Source of the DNA: Octopus bimaculoides
Taxonomy: Eukaryota
Direction: 5' to 3'
Assembly (NCBI RefSeq): GCF_001194135.2
Contig: NC_068986.1
Coordinates: 105,250,241-105,287,040, forward strand
Length of the DNA: 36,800 nt
Shown here: one piece after another, positions 34,646 through 36,800 of the stretch
Position numbering within the stretch: the stretch's first letter is position 1
How the letters are laid out: the number at the start of each line of letters is the position of its first letter
Made by a program: the position numbers and the translations under genes
The notes under the pieces: generated by a model
What the model was told of the DNA's origin: nothing
The model's database searches: none
The model's input: only the letters and a program-made list of their open reading frames with translations

Positions 34646-35330
34646 ACGTCGTCGTTGTTGTTATAGTTGTATAACGTTATTATATATCATTTATCCCAGC
34701 TCTATCATGGATTGTCGTCTGTGAATTTTTGTCACAATTTGATCCCTTGTTTCAGCTTTATATTCAAGCACCTCAAAAAACAGACAAGTTTTAAGTCCCT
34801 CGTAATGTTTTGAGTAGGTGATCGGGTGGTTCATCTGTTTCTGGTTTGAATCTAGATCCTGCTATGTTCGACTTTGTCTTTCTTCCTATCAATGTTGATA
34901 TAAAAAGTTACACCAGAATTACACAACTCGACTTATCAACCAAACCATCATGGCTTCCCAAAAAAGATATGTATAGCCGTGCTTACGTTAGAAACTAAAT
35001 TTGGCTAGAGTCATCTTGAAGGGTTTTCATGTTTTCAAACTCGAAGTGACGTGTAATTCACTATGGCCATTTGTTTGACAATGTTATTGTGAGTTTTTAA
35101 TTAGTTGTATATGATAAACTCTACAAGCAATGCTGAATTGGCGCCGCCAGCATTCAAACTAATCCTAAACGCTCTTATTCGCTCAGTTTCATTTTATCAT
35201 TCTTCCTACCGATAACTATATAAACTTGCATCAGAAATACATCAGTTAACCTACCAACTATACACCAATTCCTGGCCTAAAGGACGTGTGTACTCAGGGT
35301 TATTTTAGAAACAAATTCTGGGGAAGCTCA

Positions 35331-35684
35331 TTTACTCTTTACTCTTTTACTCTTTTACAAACCGACCCCAGCACTTATTCTTTGTAAGCCTAGCACTTAA
35401 TCTATCGGTCTCTTTCGCCGAACCGCTAAGTTACGGGGACGTAAACACACCAGCATCGGTTGTCAAGCGATGGTGGGGGCACAAACACAGACACGCAAAC
35501 ACACACATATATATATATACATATATACGACGGACTTCTTTCAGTTTCCGTCTACCAAATCCACTCACAAGGCTTTGTCGGCCCGAAACTATAGTAGAAG
35601 ACACTTGCCCAAGGTGCCACGCAGTGGGACTGAACCCAGAACCATGTGGTTGGTAAGCAAGCTACTTACCACACAGCCACTCCT
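35331..35684 (-). mobile_element. SINE family A with about 52-nt internal deletion next to the terminal repeat
   Basis: (TTTTACTC)n joins directly to AAACCGACCCC at 35358/35359; the rest matches family A. Confidence 0.92.
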
Positions 35685-36254
35685 TGGATAATTTTTTTTA
35701 AATTTTAGGTTTTCAGGTCCGAAATAAAAAAAAATGATAGAAATTTACGAATGCCCTGGGCTTGGAAATTCTATCGAGAAAGTTGGATTACGTGATTAGT
35801 TTAACCTCCTAATGACAAGGTTGTGTTGGAGCTGCCAGCAGCCAAACCAGTTTGAAATGAACGAAAGGCGATGAAACTTTTTGAAATTCTCTTTGCTCAG
35901 AATCCGTGCAGCAAATTGTTGATTCGACGGTTTATGTCAAGCAGCTGATATCCCATGTGAAACACATCTGCCTGACAAATGACTTCTTTCATTGGGTCAA
36001 TTCACCACTTTTTTATTCTTTTTGTTATCTATTTTCCTTCTTTTGTTTTCTTTTCTTTATTTTTTTGTTTCCTTTTCCTTTACCTTGAAGAGCGGATAAT
36101 CTATCTGAAAAGAAATGTGCAGTGGACACTACAGATTATTCTCAGAACTAGCTTTCTCCCCTGAAACTATCCCTCATCAAATTCTCTCTCTTTCACCTTT
36201 GTGCAATTGCCAACGCCTTGAGGTCGTTTGTGGCAATAAACAGATATCACAATT

Positions 36255-36319
36255 ATTATAATCATTATTATCATTATTACCATTATTATCAATATTATTA
36301 TTATTATCACTACTATTAC

Positions 36320-36350
<31 letters not shown>

Positions 36351-36400
36351 NNNNNNNNNNTTATTATTATTATTATTGTTATTATTAGTATTATTATTAC
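36255..36400. repeat. (TTA)n microsatellite with short gap (36351-36360)
   Basis: Directly visible. Confidence 0.95.
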
Positions 36401-36737
36401 GGCGGCGAGCTAGTAAAATCTTTAGCATGCTTGACAAAATGCTTAGCGACATTTCGTCCGTCTTTACGTTCTGTGTTCAATTTTCGTCTAGGTCTACTTT
36501 GCCATTCATCCTTTCGGGGTCGATGAAATAAGTACCACTTGAGCACTTGGCTCGATGTAATCGTCTAGCCCCCCTCCCCCAAAATTTCCGACCTTGTGCC
36601 TATAGTAGAAAGAATGGGTCGACTTTGCCTTTCATTCTTCCGAGCTAAATAAAATAACTTCCAGTTAAATACTGGAGTTGATTTAATCGACATAACCTCT
36701 CTCCCGAAATTGCTGGCTTTATGCCAAAATTTGAAAC

Positions 36738-36738
<1 letters not shown>
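36401..36738 (+). mobile_element. SINE family B dimer (full B2 plus truncated monomer with a third tail type, B3)
   Basis: First monomer ends CCTTGTGCCTATAGTAGAAAGAAT (36615); second starts GGGTCGACTTTGCC and ends CCCGAAATTGCTGGCTTTATGCCAAAATTTGAAACC. Confidence 0.88.

Positions 36739-36800
<62 letters not shown>
36739..36800. repeat. (ATT)n microsatellite / SINE tail
   Basis: Directly visible to the window end. Confidence 0.95.

Overview
This is non-coding, AT-rich, repeat-saturated eukaryotic DNA with about 5.1 kb of N gaps, nearly all bordered by microsatellites. The SINE content and (TA)n/(CA)n/(GATA)n load suggest an octopus or other coleoid cephalopod genome (inference, not verified). 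I found no convincing host protein-coding exon, rRNA, tRNA gene or CRISPR array; the ORF track is explained by gaps, microsatellites, SINEs and decayed LINEs. Contents: (i) about 10 clear copies of a tRNA-headed SINE with an internal microsatellite (my label: family A); (ii) about 17 monomers of a second SINE (family B) with three alternative tails, including three dimers; (iii) three mosaic SINEs (C/D group); (iv) two CR1-group LINE 3' fragments and a decayed RTE-type RT interrupted by a SINE; (v) a hAT-type MITE with an 8-bp TSD. The most notable item is an apparently intact type I hammerhead ribozyme at 10884-11012, with a minimal palindromic helix III and a ~100-nt helix II as in Penelope/retrozyme-type elements, plus two decayed hammerhead-like motifs. 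Other highlights: the SINE A 3' tail matches the 3' end of the CR1-type LINE at 2236-2289; two SINE B dimers share an identical junction; and a 173-bp near-perfect inverted repeat brackets 2.1 kb. All alignments and folds were done by eye.
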